Source: an uncultured Gammaproteobacteria bacterium
GTDB lineage: Bacteria; Patescibacteriota; Microgenomatia; UBA12405; JAHJSD01
NCBI GenBank assembly: GCA_964498425.1
Contig: CAZCGQ010000001.1
Coordinates: 99,063 to 163,062 of the forward strand
Direction of reading: 5' to 3'
DNA length: 64,000 nt
A program made the translations under genes and the position numbers. The notes beneath the pieces are model-generated. The model worked only from the letters and a program-made list of their open reading frames with translations. It had not been told where the DNA came from and ran no database searches. How positions within the stretch are numbered: position 1 is the stretch's first letter; each line of letters starts with the position of its first letter. Shown one piece after another: positions 41,768 through 51,197 of the stretch.

Positions 41768-42025
41768 ATGGGGAAAGAGGGAAAAAATAGATTAACACCG
41801 GAAGAAGTGCTTGAAAGACAGCGAGATGTGGATGATATTTACCAACGCCAAGAGATAACTTTGAGAAATCCTGAAGATCAAGAAAATTTTCAGCAGCAGT
41901 GTGATCAGGTAGTCAGCGAGACAATAGCCACCGTATGCAAAGCATATCCCGACCCGAACAGCAAAGAGAAATTGGTCAGAGGGTTGTTTGTAACATTGGA
42001 AATCAAAGACAGAGTTCAAGAATAG
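41768..42025 (+). CDS. Small hypothetical protein, divergent from hsdM
   Basis: 85-aa acidic/charged ORF. Its stop is followed by a palindromic element. Confidence 0.4.
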   Translation: MGKEGKNRLTPEEVLERQRDVDDIYQRQEITLRNPEDQENFQQQCDQVVSETIATVCKAYPDPNSKEKLVRGLFVTLEIKDRVQE

Positions 42026-42030
42026 TAATT

Positions 42031-42056
42031 AGTACCATGGTTCGAACCATGGTACT
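42031..42056. repeat. 26-bp perfect palindromic element AGTACCATGGTTCGAACCATGGTACT (family copy 1)
   Basis: Perfect inverted repeat, preceded by gaatagtaatt, followed by an A7 run. Intergenic. Confidence 0.85.
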
Positions 42057-42064
42057 AAAAAAAT

Positions 42065-42355
42065 CTACTCCGTAAGGACATTAACCAAACCATCACTTCT
42101 AATTCCGTCAATTTGTACAACGGGTTTTCCAAGTTTTGTTTCCGCCGTCAACCTTATCTGTTCCAAGGTCTCACCTTCAATAAACCTTGGCGGTATAGCC
42201 GGGAAAGGATGATCGATAACATGAGATATTTGATATTGGAACATCTCATCTCCTTCTAAACTTCTCCAGTATTTTTCAGCATCTATACCAGCTTGATGAC
42301 AAGCTTGAATCAAATCTTCATCATCTAACTGCACATTTAAGCATTTCTCAATCAT
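42065..42355 (-). CDS. Hypothetical protein
   Basis: 96-aa ORF; no motif recognised. Confidence 0.35.
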   Translation of the reverse strand: MIEKCLNVQLDDEDLIQACHQAGIDAEKYWRSLEGDEMFQYQISHVIDHPFPAIPPRFIEGETLEQIRLTAETKLGKPVVQIDGIRSDGLVNVLTE

Positions 42356-42398
42356 TATTTATTTTCTTAAAGCAAACCTCTCGTAACAGAAATGAATT

Positions 42399-42878
42399 TT
42401 AAAATTGCATTTCCATTTCTCTGATTGCTTCGTCAATTCCGTTATCGACCGACAATAATCTTGGTCTTTGCTGCAATATTCCAAGACCAATCACCCTTCC
42501 CGAATCTATTTCTTCTTTAGATGATAAGTAAACTGCCCTGTGTTGATCAAATCCTTCTTGTTCTGAAACATGGACAACAACTTCTAAATCTTCCGGGGAA
42601 ACTGATAAACTAGCCCTGGAACCAATAATATTGGTTTGCAAATCTAACGAAACTCTATTTTCACTTAAAAGAGCATGGAAATGACTTTCACGTCGCCATC
42701 CTGATAAGGATAAAGCTTTTGGTTCAGCAAAAGGAAATGCGTTTACTCCTCCAAACAATAATCCATCAAGCCCTTCTGCTAAGCGAGAAGAGTTTTCTTC
42801 ATCAACGCCAATTTTTTGTAAATCCTCGCTAACTCGGTTAATGTTTTCTCTAATTTGTTCTTTTGTTCTTCGTGACAT
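42399..42878 (-). CDS. Hypothetical protein
   Basis: 159-aa ORF; no motif recognised. Confidence 0.35.
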   Translation of the reverse strand: MSRRTKEQIRENINRVSEDLQKIGVDEENSSRLAEGLDGLLFGGVNAFPFAEPKALSLSGWRRESHFHALLSENRVSLDLQTNIIGSRASLSVSPEDLEVVVHVSEQEGFDQHRAVYLSSKEEIDSGRVIGLGILQQRPRLLSVDNGIDEAIREMEMQF

Positions 42879-43031
42879 TTATATTCTCACCTCCTTATAG
42901 ATTAAATTATAAAGAGTATTTTAGCATAAAAATTCACTTTCTCCTTAGCGGCGGTTCGATTAATTTAACCTCAAAGGTTAATTACTACCTGAACCTCGGG
43001 ATCCCCGTATAAAAATTGAAGAATAGTAACC

Positions 43032-43057
43032 AGTACTATGGTTCGAACTATAGTACT
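43032..43057. repeat. Palindromic element family copy 2 (AGTACTATGGTTCGAACTATAGTACT)
   Basis: One mismatch from perfect symmetry; it shares the upstream gaatagtaac context with copy 1. Confidence 0.8.
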
Positions 43058-43078
43058 AAGTAAAAACAATCTTTGTTC

Positions 43079-43104
43079 ACTACAATGATTCGAATGATTG
43101 TAGT
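43079..43104. repeat. Palindromic element family copy 3, divergent (ACTACAATGATTCGAATGATTGTAGT)
   Basis: Same architecture (13-bp arms around TTCGAA) with a variant arm sequence. Confidence 0.6.
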
Positions 43105-43139
43105 AACTAATAATTGCTAACTTGGGAGTAGTTAAAGAG

Positions 43140-43934
43140 CTAGGTTTTGCGGTAGCGGGAGATTAGTTCAACACGCTTTTTAAGAAAAGAAATTTTGTCT
43201 AAAAAAGCAAGGTTAACCTGGTCGCCGCAAGTTAAGCAAATCTTATTTCCCTCAACTAACTTTTTATTAATTTTAATGCCGTCGATAAAAACACAAACCG
43301 GTTCATTTTTGTTGAACATAATCTCCATTTTTTGGGCTTTCAAAATATCGCTTAAATATCTGTTAGTGGCGATACCGACCACCGTCCACAACCCACTTTC
43401 CAAAGGAATAACCGGACCGCCAAGATTAAAATTATAAGCGGTACTACCCAATTCGGTGCTAACACAAATCCCTGTCCCGCTGACATCAAAATTTCGGAAG
43501 GAAAAGTCTTCGGTATTCAATTTAAAACTGTGGTATCCCATGATTGAAGAACCAAAAACAATATCATTTACAGCCATTCCCAAAGTTTTTTTGCCGCCCT
43601 TTTTTTCTTCAAGAACAACTTTAATTGTTGATGTTTTAAAAAAATTCAAATCTAAATCATCATTGACTAAATCCTCGAGAATCTGTTGGTCGTCATCAAA
43701 CTTGTTCATCAAAAAGTTCAATGTCCCGGCTCCCCGGCCTAAAAAAGGAACTTGAAGATGATTATATTTTTGAATTGCATGCAAAATTGCCCCATCTCCG
43801 CCGGAAACCAAAATTAGATCGGGATTATTTTCATTTAGAAATTGGGGATATTCTTGACTTATCAAATCGTTAAAGTCTTGACTGCGTGGATCTTTATTTT
43901 CAACATATTTAATTTTCATACTCTTATTATACAA
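43140..43934 (-). CDS. nadK: NAD kinase
   Basis: GGDG motif LVSGGDGAIL, NDIV, GSTAYN. Confidence 0.85.
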   Translation of the reverse strand: MYNKSMKIKYVENKDPRSQDFNDLISQEYPQFLNENNPDLILVSGGDGAILHAIQKYNHLQVPFLGRGAGTLNFLMNKFDDDQQILEDLVNDDLDLNFFKTSTIKVVLEEKKGGKKTLGMAVNDIVFGSSIMGYHSFKLNTEDFSFRNFDVSGTGICVSTELGSTAYNFNLGGPVIPLESGLWTVVGIATNRYLSDILKAQKMEIMFNKNEPVCVFIDGIKINKKLVEGNKICLTCGDQVNLAFLDKISFLKKRVELISRYRKT

Positions 43935-43976
43935 AACATTCTTAAAATAACTTTATCTTCATGCTAAACTTTAATT

Positions 43977-44876
43977 ATGGAAGAAAAAAATACTGGGCCG
44001 AGGAAAACAAATTATAATATTCCGGTTATAATTTTCTTAATTACTTTTTCATTCTTTGCTATTCTCGGTGCGGTTTACTCTGTTTACCAATACCGAGAAT
44101 TGGAGAAAGAAGTTGCTGAGCTTAGAAATAACTTGCAAACAACGCCAACAACACGTCCCTCCCCAAGCGCTGAGGAAATCCCCATTGATGACTGGCAAAG
44201 TTATACTAACGAAAACTACAGCTTTTCATTCCGCTATCCTGATCAATGGACAGTTAGACAACCTGCTGCTGAACAGGGTGATTTAATTGAATACATTGAT
44301 TCCGATCAAACAACCACTCAAAATGGTCAAGAAATGGCCTATTATCTCTGGCTGGAATCCGCTCAATCTCTGCCGGAATATGACTATACCAAAACACTAG
44401 TCAATCACTATCCAGCTTTCAGAACCAGTCAAAAACCTTCCCGGAACGGGACGCTGACCTATTTCATCAAGAAAACAGATGACCAATATATTTCAGTTTC
44501 GCTAACTCCTTACAATTCTGATATTCCTTATTCTAACCAAAAGGACCTCGCCCAAATATTTGAAAAAATTCTTACTACTTTTCAATTTCTCGATCAAGAA
44601 GCGGCGATAATTGTTCAAGGAGCATTGCAGTCAATACAAAGACCGGGCCCGGATGTTCCCTACGATTACCAAATAGAATTAACTACCCCCTATTACGATG
44701 AACTTAATGCCATGCAGCCCGGCTATGTTAACAGTTTTGTTGTTGTCCCAGATAATGAAACAATTAACCAAAAATTAGAAAACTTAGTCGGAGAAACAGC
44801 ATCTATCCAGGGCAAAATTGAGTGGGGCTTAGCTGAAACCCGCCATCTCCGGGCAACCACCGTCGTCAGCAACTAA
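43977..44876 (+). CDS. Membrane-anchored hypothetical protein, paralog family A
   Basis: N-terminal TM, T/P-rich linker, motif DDWQSYTNENYSFSFRYPDQW shared with the 48666 gene. Confidence 0.5.
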   Translation: MEEKNTGPRKTNYNIPVIIFLITFSFFAILGAVYSVYQYRELEKEVAELRNNLQTTPTTRPSPSAEEIPIDDWQSYTNENYSFSFRYPDQWTVRQPAAEQGDLIEYIDSDQTTTQNGQEMAYYLWLESAQSLPEYDYTKTLVNHYPAFRTSQKPSRNGTLTYFIKKTDDQYISVSLTPYNSDIPYSNQKDLAQIFEKILTTFQFLDQEAAIIVQGALQSIQRPGPDVPYDYQIELTTPYYDELNAMQPGYVNSFVVVPDNETINQKLENLVGETASIQGKIEWGLAETRHLRATTVVSN

Positions 44877-44890
44877 GATAACCCTCATTT

Positions 44891-44916
44891 AGTATCACGG
44901 TTCGAACCATAGTACT
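44891..44916. repeat. Palindromic element family copy 4 (AGTATCACGGTTCGAACCATAGTACT)
   Basis: Just downstream of the 43977-44876 gene stop. Confidence 0.75.
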
Positions 44917-45170
44917 GTAACTAATGATAAAATAGATTATGGGGGAAAGATGCCCGAATTTCGATGATTTTCACGGTTGTGTGAATGCTTTTACCGGCAA
45001 AATATGTCCAAGGACTGAAATTCGCTGGCTTCCACAAGGAGGATTGTTTTCTGGCAAGCTGGCAGAAGTGAGGTGTAAAAAAATGGAAGTTGCCTTAAGA
45101 ATAAATATTAACTATACCCGACAAAGCTTACCCTATCGTCCAAAAAAATTTTTTAAAAGATAACGGTGAA

Positions 45171-45941
45171 TTATTTTTTGTTTAAACTCCCTTTGGAAAC
45201 TTCTTGAATGTAGTCAATGCCTTGATTGACATAACCCTTGTAGTCTTTACGGTTTTGATAGATTTGCCAGACTTTTTTGGCGTGGCTGGCTAAGTGCGGA
45301 TAACTACTCTCGGAAAAGTCATCTTCAATTGCCGTTTCTTGGAGAGCGTTCATCTGAGGCCAAAGAGCTGAAATCATCTTTTCTTCTTTAAAAATCAAAA
45401 TGTGAGCAGTAATTTCAGCCAAAGCCCAAATATGCCAGTCGGAAACCGGCCGTTTGTCATAAAGGCGGTCAATCGTTTCGAAAAAATGGCTAAGAACTAG
45501 CTCGTATCCATTCATATAATAATGTTTTCGCGGTTCACGCTTATACCAGGCAGCAAGTTTGTTGGTTCCACCCCAGGAAGCCATCGAGTAAAAGGCAGAG
45601 ATCAAAAAGTAATAACTCGAATAATCCCAAGGTAAATCTCCCATTATTTCTGTCGCTAATTTAAAAAAGTCATCTTCTTTATCCTGCCAAATTTTTTCAT
45701 AGGCTAATTCCACTCTTTCTAAATCCGCTCGAATGTCTTTGTAGACTTCCCGCAGATATTCGTCCAAAATTTTCTCCTGTTTGCCGAAGTCTTCCTCGGC
45801 CAAAATGCTCTCCACCACCTGCTTGTCTAACCCTTTTTTCTTAACCCGGTAGTCAATACCAGCTGGGTCAACTGAGGTTAATCTAAAAAGAATGTTTTCT
45901 AAATCCTCGTCATAGTCAATGTAGAAATTAATTCTAGCCAT
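45171..45941 (-). CDS. Hypothetical protein
   Basis: 256-aa ORF, aromatic-rich; no motif recognised. Confidence 0.4.
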   Translation of the reverse strand: MARINFYIDYDEDLENILFRLTSVDPAGIDYRVKKKGLDKQVVESILAEEDFGKQEKILDEYLREVYKDIRADLERVELAYEKIWQDKEDDFFKLATEIMGDLPWDYSSYYFLISAFYSMASWGGTNKLAAWYKREPRKHYYMNGYELVLSHFFETIDRLYDKRPVSDWHIWALAEITAHILIFKEEKMISALWPQMNALQETAIEDDFSESSYPHLASHAKKVWQIYQNRKDYKGYVNQGIDYIQEVSKGSLNKK

Positions 45942-45944
45942 AGA

Positions 45945-47045
45945 TTATGGAATATAGACAGGTAGTGTCATAACCTTATAATCTCCATCTTCTTTCTTTA
46001 CCTGATAATCAAACGCTGACTGTGTCGGCATTTCTTCCTCTGTTGCTCCACAACAAGGTCCCCGCTCAAACAAGGTTCCATCAGAATTCATAAATTCAAC
46101 CTTAAAATTAAAATCAACCGCTGAAGTTTGTTCACTATTAACAATTTCTTTAATTTTTAAGCACTGCAACCCGTTAGCTTGACAACCATTTTTCAATAAT
46201 TCTTGATAATTTTTTTCATTTATATTTGGATTCCATCCTCTCAAGATCTCGTAGCTTCCACCAAAAAGTTCTACCGCCTGCAAATAATCTTTGGAAGATA
46301 AAGCATCAAAGAAAGAAATTAATGATAATCTCGCCTTCTCAATATCACTATGATTATCCTTTTGAAAACTATCAACAACAATATCGAAAACTTTTTCGTT
46401 TCTGTAGCTCTTAAATTCTATAAACTGATCGTCTATTTCCACAATAGCAAATGGACTTTGAACAGCATCTAAACCCATATTAAATAATAAACCCTTTTCC
46501 CCAGCAATTAATTTTTCCTGCCAAGTAATTCCCTTAGGACTTATTACATCCCCGCTTTCTACTTTTTGAGCAATGTTTTCAAAAAAGCGATTCGACTTGG
46601 GGTTAATAATTATTTTCATAACTAAATTTTCCTCATTTTTAATTATAATTTTTTCAGCGTTATATTCTTCGTAAGCTTCTATCGATAAACCTTCCGGATA
46701 ACTAAAATAATATTGGTCATCTTTAGTGAAGTAAGAAGTCAAAGACTCCAAATTAATTTCTACTTCTTGGTTCGGAATACTCGTTGGAGTCAACTGGTCA
46801 GTTGGCTGACGATCTAAAGTGATAAAGTTTTTTAACACTGGATATAACCAAGGCTTACACTTACCGCCAGCTAGAGGCCCGCGTCCAATAGACCGGCAAA
46901 AAGTTCCTAGTGGACACCGAGCATTATAACTCCAGTCACCGCCGCAGCTAACCGCTCTTGATTCCAACCATTTAAATAAATTTAACTGCCAAAAGGCAAA
47001 TAAACCAAAGGCAAAGATAAAAATGAATAAAAAATATTTTTTCAT
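45945..47045 (-). CDS. Secreted hypothetical protein
   Basis: Signal peptide MKKYFLFIFIFAFGLFAFW followed by Cys-containing segment CGGDWSYNARCPLGTFC. Confidence 0.45.
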   Translation of the reverse strand: MKKYFLFIFIFAFGLFAFWQLNLFKWLESRAVSCGGDWSYNARCPLGTFCRSIGRGPLAGGKCKPWLYPVLKNFITLDRQPTDQLTPTSIPNQEVEINLESLTSYFTKDDQYYFSYPEGLSIEAYEEYNAEKIIIKNEENLVMKIIINPKSNRFFENIAQKVESGDVISPKGITWQEKLIAGEKGLLFNMGLDAVQSPFAIVEIDDQFIEFKSYRNEKVFDIVVDSFQKDNHSDIEKARLSLISFFDALSSKDYLQAVELFGGSYEILRGWNPNINEKNYQELLKNGCQANGLQCLKIKEIVNSEQTSAVDFNFKVEFMNSDGTLFERGPCCGATEEEMPTQSAFDYQVKKEDGDYKVMTLPVYIP

Positions 47046-47082
47046 GTTTTATTATAGCACCAACAAAGTGGTAAAATTGAGC

Positions 47083-47676
47083 ATGGCGAAATTGGCAATT
47101 ACCTACAACCACGACAAAGAAAAATACATCTTTAAAAAATATCGGGATGCCTTTGAAAAACACGAAGGCAAATTGCCCAACCTTAACCAGCCGGCAGATA
47201 ATGAGAAAGCGGATAAGATCTGTAAAGAGCTAAAAAATGCTTGGGAACCGAAAGAAAAGGAATTTATTAATAACCTAAACTGGTTTTATGATTGCGAATT
47301 CAAAATTAACGGCTGGGTTGGCTATTTAATCCGGTCAAGAATCTGTCCATATTCACCGGATGAAAAATTCTTTGCTATTAGTCTCGATAAACCGCTGAGT
47401 GACCAATTACTTACCATCGGCCACGAACTATTTCACCAGCCGTTTCATTATTATTGGGAAGACAAGTGTCTTCAAATTTTTGAAGATGAACAAGTCGTTC
47501 ACTGTCTTAAAGAGGCCTTAACGGAATTACTAAACACACCAAAATTTAATCTAACTGATGAGCTAGATCCTGGCTGGGGTAACCCCTGCGAAAAATTTGT
47601 TCGCCACCTAATCAAGAAATATTATCGAGAAAACGGCCCGTTTAAGTTTGAGGCCCTTCTTCAGTGGGTGAAATAA
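47083..47676 (+). CDS. Putative HExxH zinc metallopeptidase-like protein
   Basis: TIGHELFHQ (HExxH). Start taken at MAKLAITYNH rather than the 47023 extension. Confidence 0.4.
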   Translation: MAKLAITYNHDKEKYIFKKYRDAFEKHEGKLPNLNQPADNEKADKICKELKNAWEPKEKEFINNLNWFYDCEFKINGWVGYLIRSRICPYSPDEKFFAISLDKPLSDQLLTIGHELFHQPFHYYWEDKCLQIFEDEQVVHCLKEALTELLNTPKFNLTDELDPGWGNPCEKFVRHLIKKYYRENGPFKFEALLQWVK

Positions 47677-48334
47677 CCAAATTATCCATAACCCAGTTAT
47701 TTACTAATTCCATTTGCTGCTCAAATCGCTGCTTCCGAACATTGGTCATTTCCCCTAAAGCCTCAGCATCAATAAAAAACAAATGGTCGTAGGGCTCAAA
47801 ATAGACAACATTATTCGGCTGTTGGCCCTGGAACAAATCTCCATGAATATATCCCTGTTCTTCGGCAAACTGCCAATGTGATTTTTCCAGATTGTGAAGT
47901 AAATACTCGGCATAAGACTTGGAAAAACCCTTAAAGGCCACCTCATCCTGAGTTGCATAACCTAACTCTAATAAGTCCATTGAATACCTTAATTCCCCAA
48001 GATTTGGCCCTAAATAAGACATTTTGAAAACAATAAACCCAGAATCCTCCAACCTTGTTTCCTCAACTTCCGGGAATTTACAACCGCAGTGGCGATAAGA
48101 CTCAAATAATAAATTAAGCCGCTTTAACTCACGTTCTCCCTTTCCTTCTTCATTTAGCGGTCGAACTTTTAAGACGGTGTCAGCACCGGCATGAGGGCCG
48201 GCTACCCGCAGCACTCGCCTTTTGGGAAAGTGAATTGGATATACTTGTTTAATTCTTTCTTCTTTTATTGGGTAACCTATTTCCTCAAGATATTGAGCAG
48301 TTTCCGAGCGGTTATACCTTAGAACTTCAGACAT
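47642..48334 (-). CDS. Kinase-like fold protein (aminoglycoside/choline-kinase-type phosphotransferase-like)
   Basis: YIHGDLFQGQ (HGDLHxxN-like catalytic loop) and FFIDAEAL (IDxE-like). Confidence 0.45.
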   Translation of the reverse strand: MSEVLRYNRSETAQYLEEIGYPIKEERIKQVYPIHFPKRRVLRVAGPHAGADTVLKVRPLNEEGKGERELKRLNLLFESYRHCGCKFPEVEETRLEDSGFIVFKMSYLGPNLGELRYSMDLLELGYATQDEVAFKGFSKSYAEYLLHNLEKSHWQFAEEQGYIHGDLFQGQQPNNVVYFEPYDHLFFIDAEALGEMTNVRKQRFEQQMELVNNWVMDNLVISPTEEGPQT

Positions 48335-48346
48335 AGTTATATTTTA

Positions 48347-48592
48347 TCATTTAACTTTTTTTATAGCTAAGGCTTTCAGCATTCTTTGCTTGCCGGTTTC
48401 TGCTTTTTGAGTGTCTGGAGTTAACCGCGGCAAGCCTCGAATTTGTTCAGCTAGAAAAACCAAGGCTTTAATTTCCTCAGCTTCCTGCGAAGCAAGATCG
48501 CTTCTTGACAAGATTTCGTTGGCGCTTTCAGGAGAATTCAAGCACTCGTCTAAAATATCTACTTGGTGTGATACCTCAATAGCTTCACACAC
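48347..48592 (-). CDS. Small hypothetical protein
   Basis: 81-aa ORF. Confidence 0.3.
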   Translation of the reverse strand: MCEAIEVSHQVDILDECLNSPESANEILSRSDLASQEAEEIKALVFLAEQIRGLPRLTPDTQKAETGKQRMLKALAIKKVK

Positions 48593-48665
48593 TGTAATTA
48601 ATTTTATAAGAATGTCTGGCTATAGTCAATTGCAAACTAGGTTTGACTTCTGGTATATTGAATTA

Positions 48666-49241
48666 ATGGAAATGAACGAAAGCAGTCCTAACAACCCCAA
48701 CCAAACCTTATTAATCATTATCGTTATTATGTTTATCGGCTTACTTGGCATTGCTGGCTACTTCATCTATCAGAAATTCCAACTTCAACAACAGCTTCTG
48801 CAATTGAGGACAGAAAATCAATCTGAAACCGGTTTGGCCGATAGCGGGGAAAAAGAGACAACCCCAGTTGAAACCCAACCAACACAGGCCATCGATCCAA
48901 CTGAAATGCCAACTAATACTCCTGATCCCTATCAAGGCTGGGAAACCTACACTAATCAAGAATACGGCTTTCAAATATCTTATCCGAGCAATTATCAGGC
49001 TCTTGATGATGAAAATAATCTATACGGCTGGCCGAACGCAATTGTTCTCCTTTACAAAGGCGGACAAGCCTACGACTTACCCATTGAGGTTTGGGACACT
49101 GAGGCGGAATATCAGGAAAAAAATGAAAATAGCTTAGATAAACTTATCGTCAAAGAAGTAAACGGCAAATACATCACCTTCTTCAACAGTACAACTGACG
49201 GCAATTTTCAAAAAATCGTCAACAGCTTCAAGAAGATTTAA
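48666..49241 (+). CDS. Membrane-anchored hypothetical protein, paralog family A
   Basis: TM LLIIIVIMFIGLLGIAGYFIY; T/P-rich linker; motif YQGWETYTNQEYGFQISYPSNY parallels the 43977 gene. Start at ATG 48666 rather than the 48411 extension, which overlaps the minus-strand gene. Confidence 0.5.
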   Translation: MEMNESSPNNPNQTLLIIIVIMFIGLLGIAGYFIYQKFQLQQQLLQLRTENQSETGLADSGEKETTPVETQPTQAIDPTEMPTNTPDPYQGWETYTNQEYGFQISYPSNYQALDDENNLYGWPNAIVLLYKGGQAYDLPIEVWDTEAEYQEKNENSLDKLIVKEVNGKYITFFNSTTDGNFQKIVNSFKKI

Positions 49242-49248
49242 CAGAAAG

Positions 49249-49962
49249 TTACTTAAAAAGATTTGTTAAAAAGGATAGGATTCCTCGGGATTTTAATTCT
49301 GTTTCAATAGTTTGTTGAAGATAGTCATTTTGCTCCTCCAACATTGCCTGGGCATCTTCAATTTGTTCTTGGGCAGTTTGATCTGCTTCGCTGGCCATTT
49401 TTTCTAATTCCCCAATCAACTGATTATTAAGCTCCATTTCATTCTCTAAATCATTAAGGGCTTCGTGGCTTGGTCCAAAAAGAAACTTTCTAATTCGACC
49501 GCGGGATTTTACTTTTTTTAAAGATTCCGATATTTTTTCCTGAACTTGGTTTTGTTCCATCGCTAAATCTCTAACTCGTGTTCCCAATCCAGTGTCTTCC
49601 GGCACTTTTTTTAAAGAATTTTGAACAGCCTGTCCTGCCTGCTCAACGGCCATTTCTCTAACCTGCTGACCGATACCCTTGCTTGTTGCCTCTTTCTCTT
49701 CTGTCTGAGTTTGGACTTGCTGCTCTTCACCCTGATTTTGTACTTGCACTTGAACCTGGTTTTCAACTCCACCCTGTTGGCTGTTTTCATTATCCCCCTG
49801 ACCGCTAACTTCTACTTCGTCTAACTTAACACTTGCTCCTTGCTGGGTAGTAGATTCCTCTTTACCAACACCAACTCTTGTATCCATGTTTTTATTCTGG
49901 ACAGCAAAGACAGGAAATGGAAGTAAAAACAAAGTTATTAGAAATAAGATTAGCTTTACCAT
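49249..49962 (-). CDS. Secreted Q/E-rich coiled-coil protein (hypothetical)
   Basis: Signal peptide MVKLILFLITLFLLPFPVFA; QVQVQVQNQGEEQQVQTQ low complexity. Confidence 0.4.
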   Translation of the reverse strand: MVKLILFLITLFLLPFPVFAVQNKNMDTRVGVGKEESTTQQGASVKLDEVEVSGQGDNENSQQGGVENQVQVQVQNQGEEQQVQTQTEEKEATSKGIGQQVREMAVEQAGQAVQNSLKKVPEDTGLGTRVRDLAMEQNQVQEKISESLKKVKSRGRIRKFLFGPSHEALNDLENEMELNNQLIGELEKMASEADQTAQEQIEDAQAMLEEQNDYLQQTIETELKSRGILSFLTNLFK

Positions 49963-50018
49963 ATGTAAATACAATATAGACAAAATCAATTTTAAAGTCA
50001 AACCATATGTTATGATTT

Positions 50019-51197
50019 ATGGTTATGAAATACAGAAAAGAAAAGGCCACTATCTTTATAATTCTAGTAACTGAGGTTTTAGGATTTTCACTGATCCTTC
50101 CCTTTTTGCCCTATCTAGCCGAAAGTTTCGGAGCAACCCCCTTTCAAATCGGTCTAATTTCAACCGTATTTTCATTATTCCAATTTTTCTCAGCCCCAAT
50201 AATGGGAGCTCTCAGTGACGTTGTTGGGCGCAAGCCAATGTTAATTCTTTCTCAAACATCAACCCTAGTAAGTTTTATAATTCTCGGTTTTGCCAACTCC
50301 CTTCCTCTAATCTTCCTATCAAGAATTGTTGATGGAGTTCTCGGCAGTAATTTTACTATCGCTCAAGCATACTTAAGTGACCTAACTTCAAAGAAAAATA
50401 GAAGTAAATCCTTTGCTTTAAGTGGAATTGCCTTCTCAATTGGATTCCTAGTTGGTCCGGCACTCGGTGGATTTCTATCAACCAAAACCAGTTATCTCGT
50501 TCCCTCTCTTTTAGCCGCCGGAATCTCACTAATAACTGTCTTAATTACTGTTTTTTTTCTGCCCGAAACAGTTACTAAATCCAACGAAAAAATTAAAATT
50601 TCAATATTGAACATCAACAGCTTCAAAAAATATTTAGCTAATCCCAATATTAATCGCCAATTAGGCCAATTCTTTCTTTATATTCTTGCTCACACCACCT
50701 GGATCAGTACTCTTGCCCTCTATACTAAGGAACGTTATAACATTACTCCCCAACAAATTGGATTATTTTACGCTTATATCGGTTTTATTAACATTATTTT
50801 TAGAGGCCTGATCCTTAACCAGCTTATTGATAAATTTAACGAAAAGAGACTCCAAGTCATCAGTTTATTCAGCATCGCTACTGGTTTAATTGGAGCAAGT
50901 TTAGCCCCCAATCCAATAATTATGGCCTTGATGATGACCTTCTTTGCTATCGGAGGAGGAATGTTCAGACCATTAATTATTGGAAATATTTCTAAGTCTA
51001 CCTCCGAAAATGAACAGGGAGCAGTGTTAGGAACTACCAATTCTCTAGGGAGTATTGCTCAAATTTTTGGCCCCCTTATTGGCGGTTTCAGCTTACAAAA
51101 TTTTTCGCCAATTATTTTGGGCTTAATTGCGGCCAGCTTTTTAGGTCTTAGTTTAATTATTCGCGCCCCGGATTACTTAAAACAAGATAGCGGTTGA
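50019..51197 (+). CDS. MFS transporter (drug/H+ antiporter-like)
   Basis: Twelve-helix hydrophobic profile; MFS motif A GALSDVVGRKP. Confidence 0.8.
   Translation: MVMKYRKEKATIFIILVTEVLGFSLILPFLPYLAESFGATPFQIGLISTVFSLFQFFSAPIMGALSDVVGRKPMLILSQTSTLVSFIILGFANSLPLIFLSRIVDGVLGSNFTIAQAYLSDLTSKKNRSKSFALSGIAFSIGFLVGPALGGFLSTKTSYLVPSLLAAGISLITVLITVFFLPETVTKSNEKIKISILNINSFKKYLANPNINRQLGQFFLYILAHTTWISTLALYTKERYNITPQQIGLFYAYIGFINIIFRGLILNQLIDKFNEKRLQVISLFSIATGLIGASLAPNPIIMALMMTFFAIGGGMFRPLIIGNISKSTSENEQGAVLGTTNSLGSIAQIFGPLIGGFSLQNFSPIILGLIAASFLGLSLIIRAPDYLKQDSG

Noticed and set aside
42031-42056. GGTTCGAACC core resembling a tRNA T-arm (GGTTCGAATCC), so a possible tRNA gene or fragment
   Set aside because: The flanks form a perfect 26-bp palindrome with no acceptor stem, D-arm or anticodon arm. 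It is a repeat element, not a tRNA.
42031-42056. Palindromic elements as Rho-independent terminators
   Set aside because: The hairpin is followed by an A-run on the plus strand and preceded by a T-run on the minus strand. Neither strand has the hairpin-then-U-tract order.
44939-45163. 74-aa ORF (MGERCPNFDDFHGC...)
   Set aside because: It lies in an intergenic spacer containing a palindromic element, with no motif or coupling to neighbours. Weak, so not listed as a feature.
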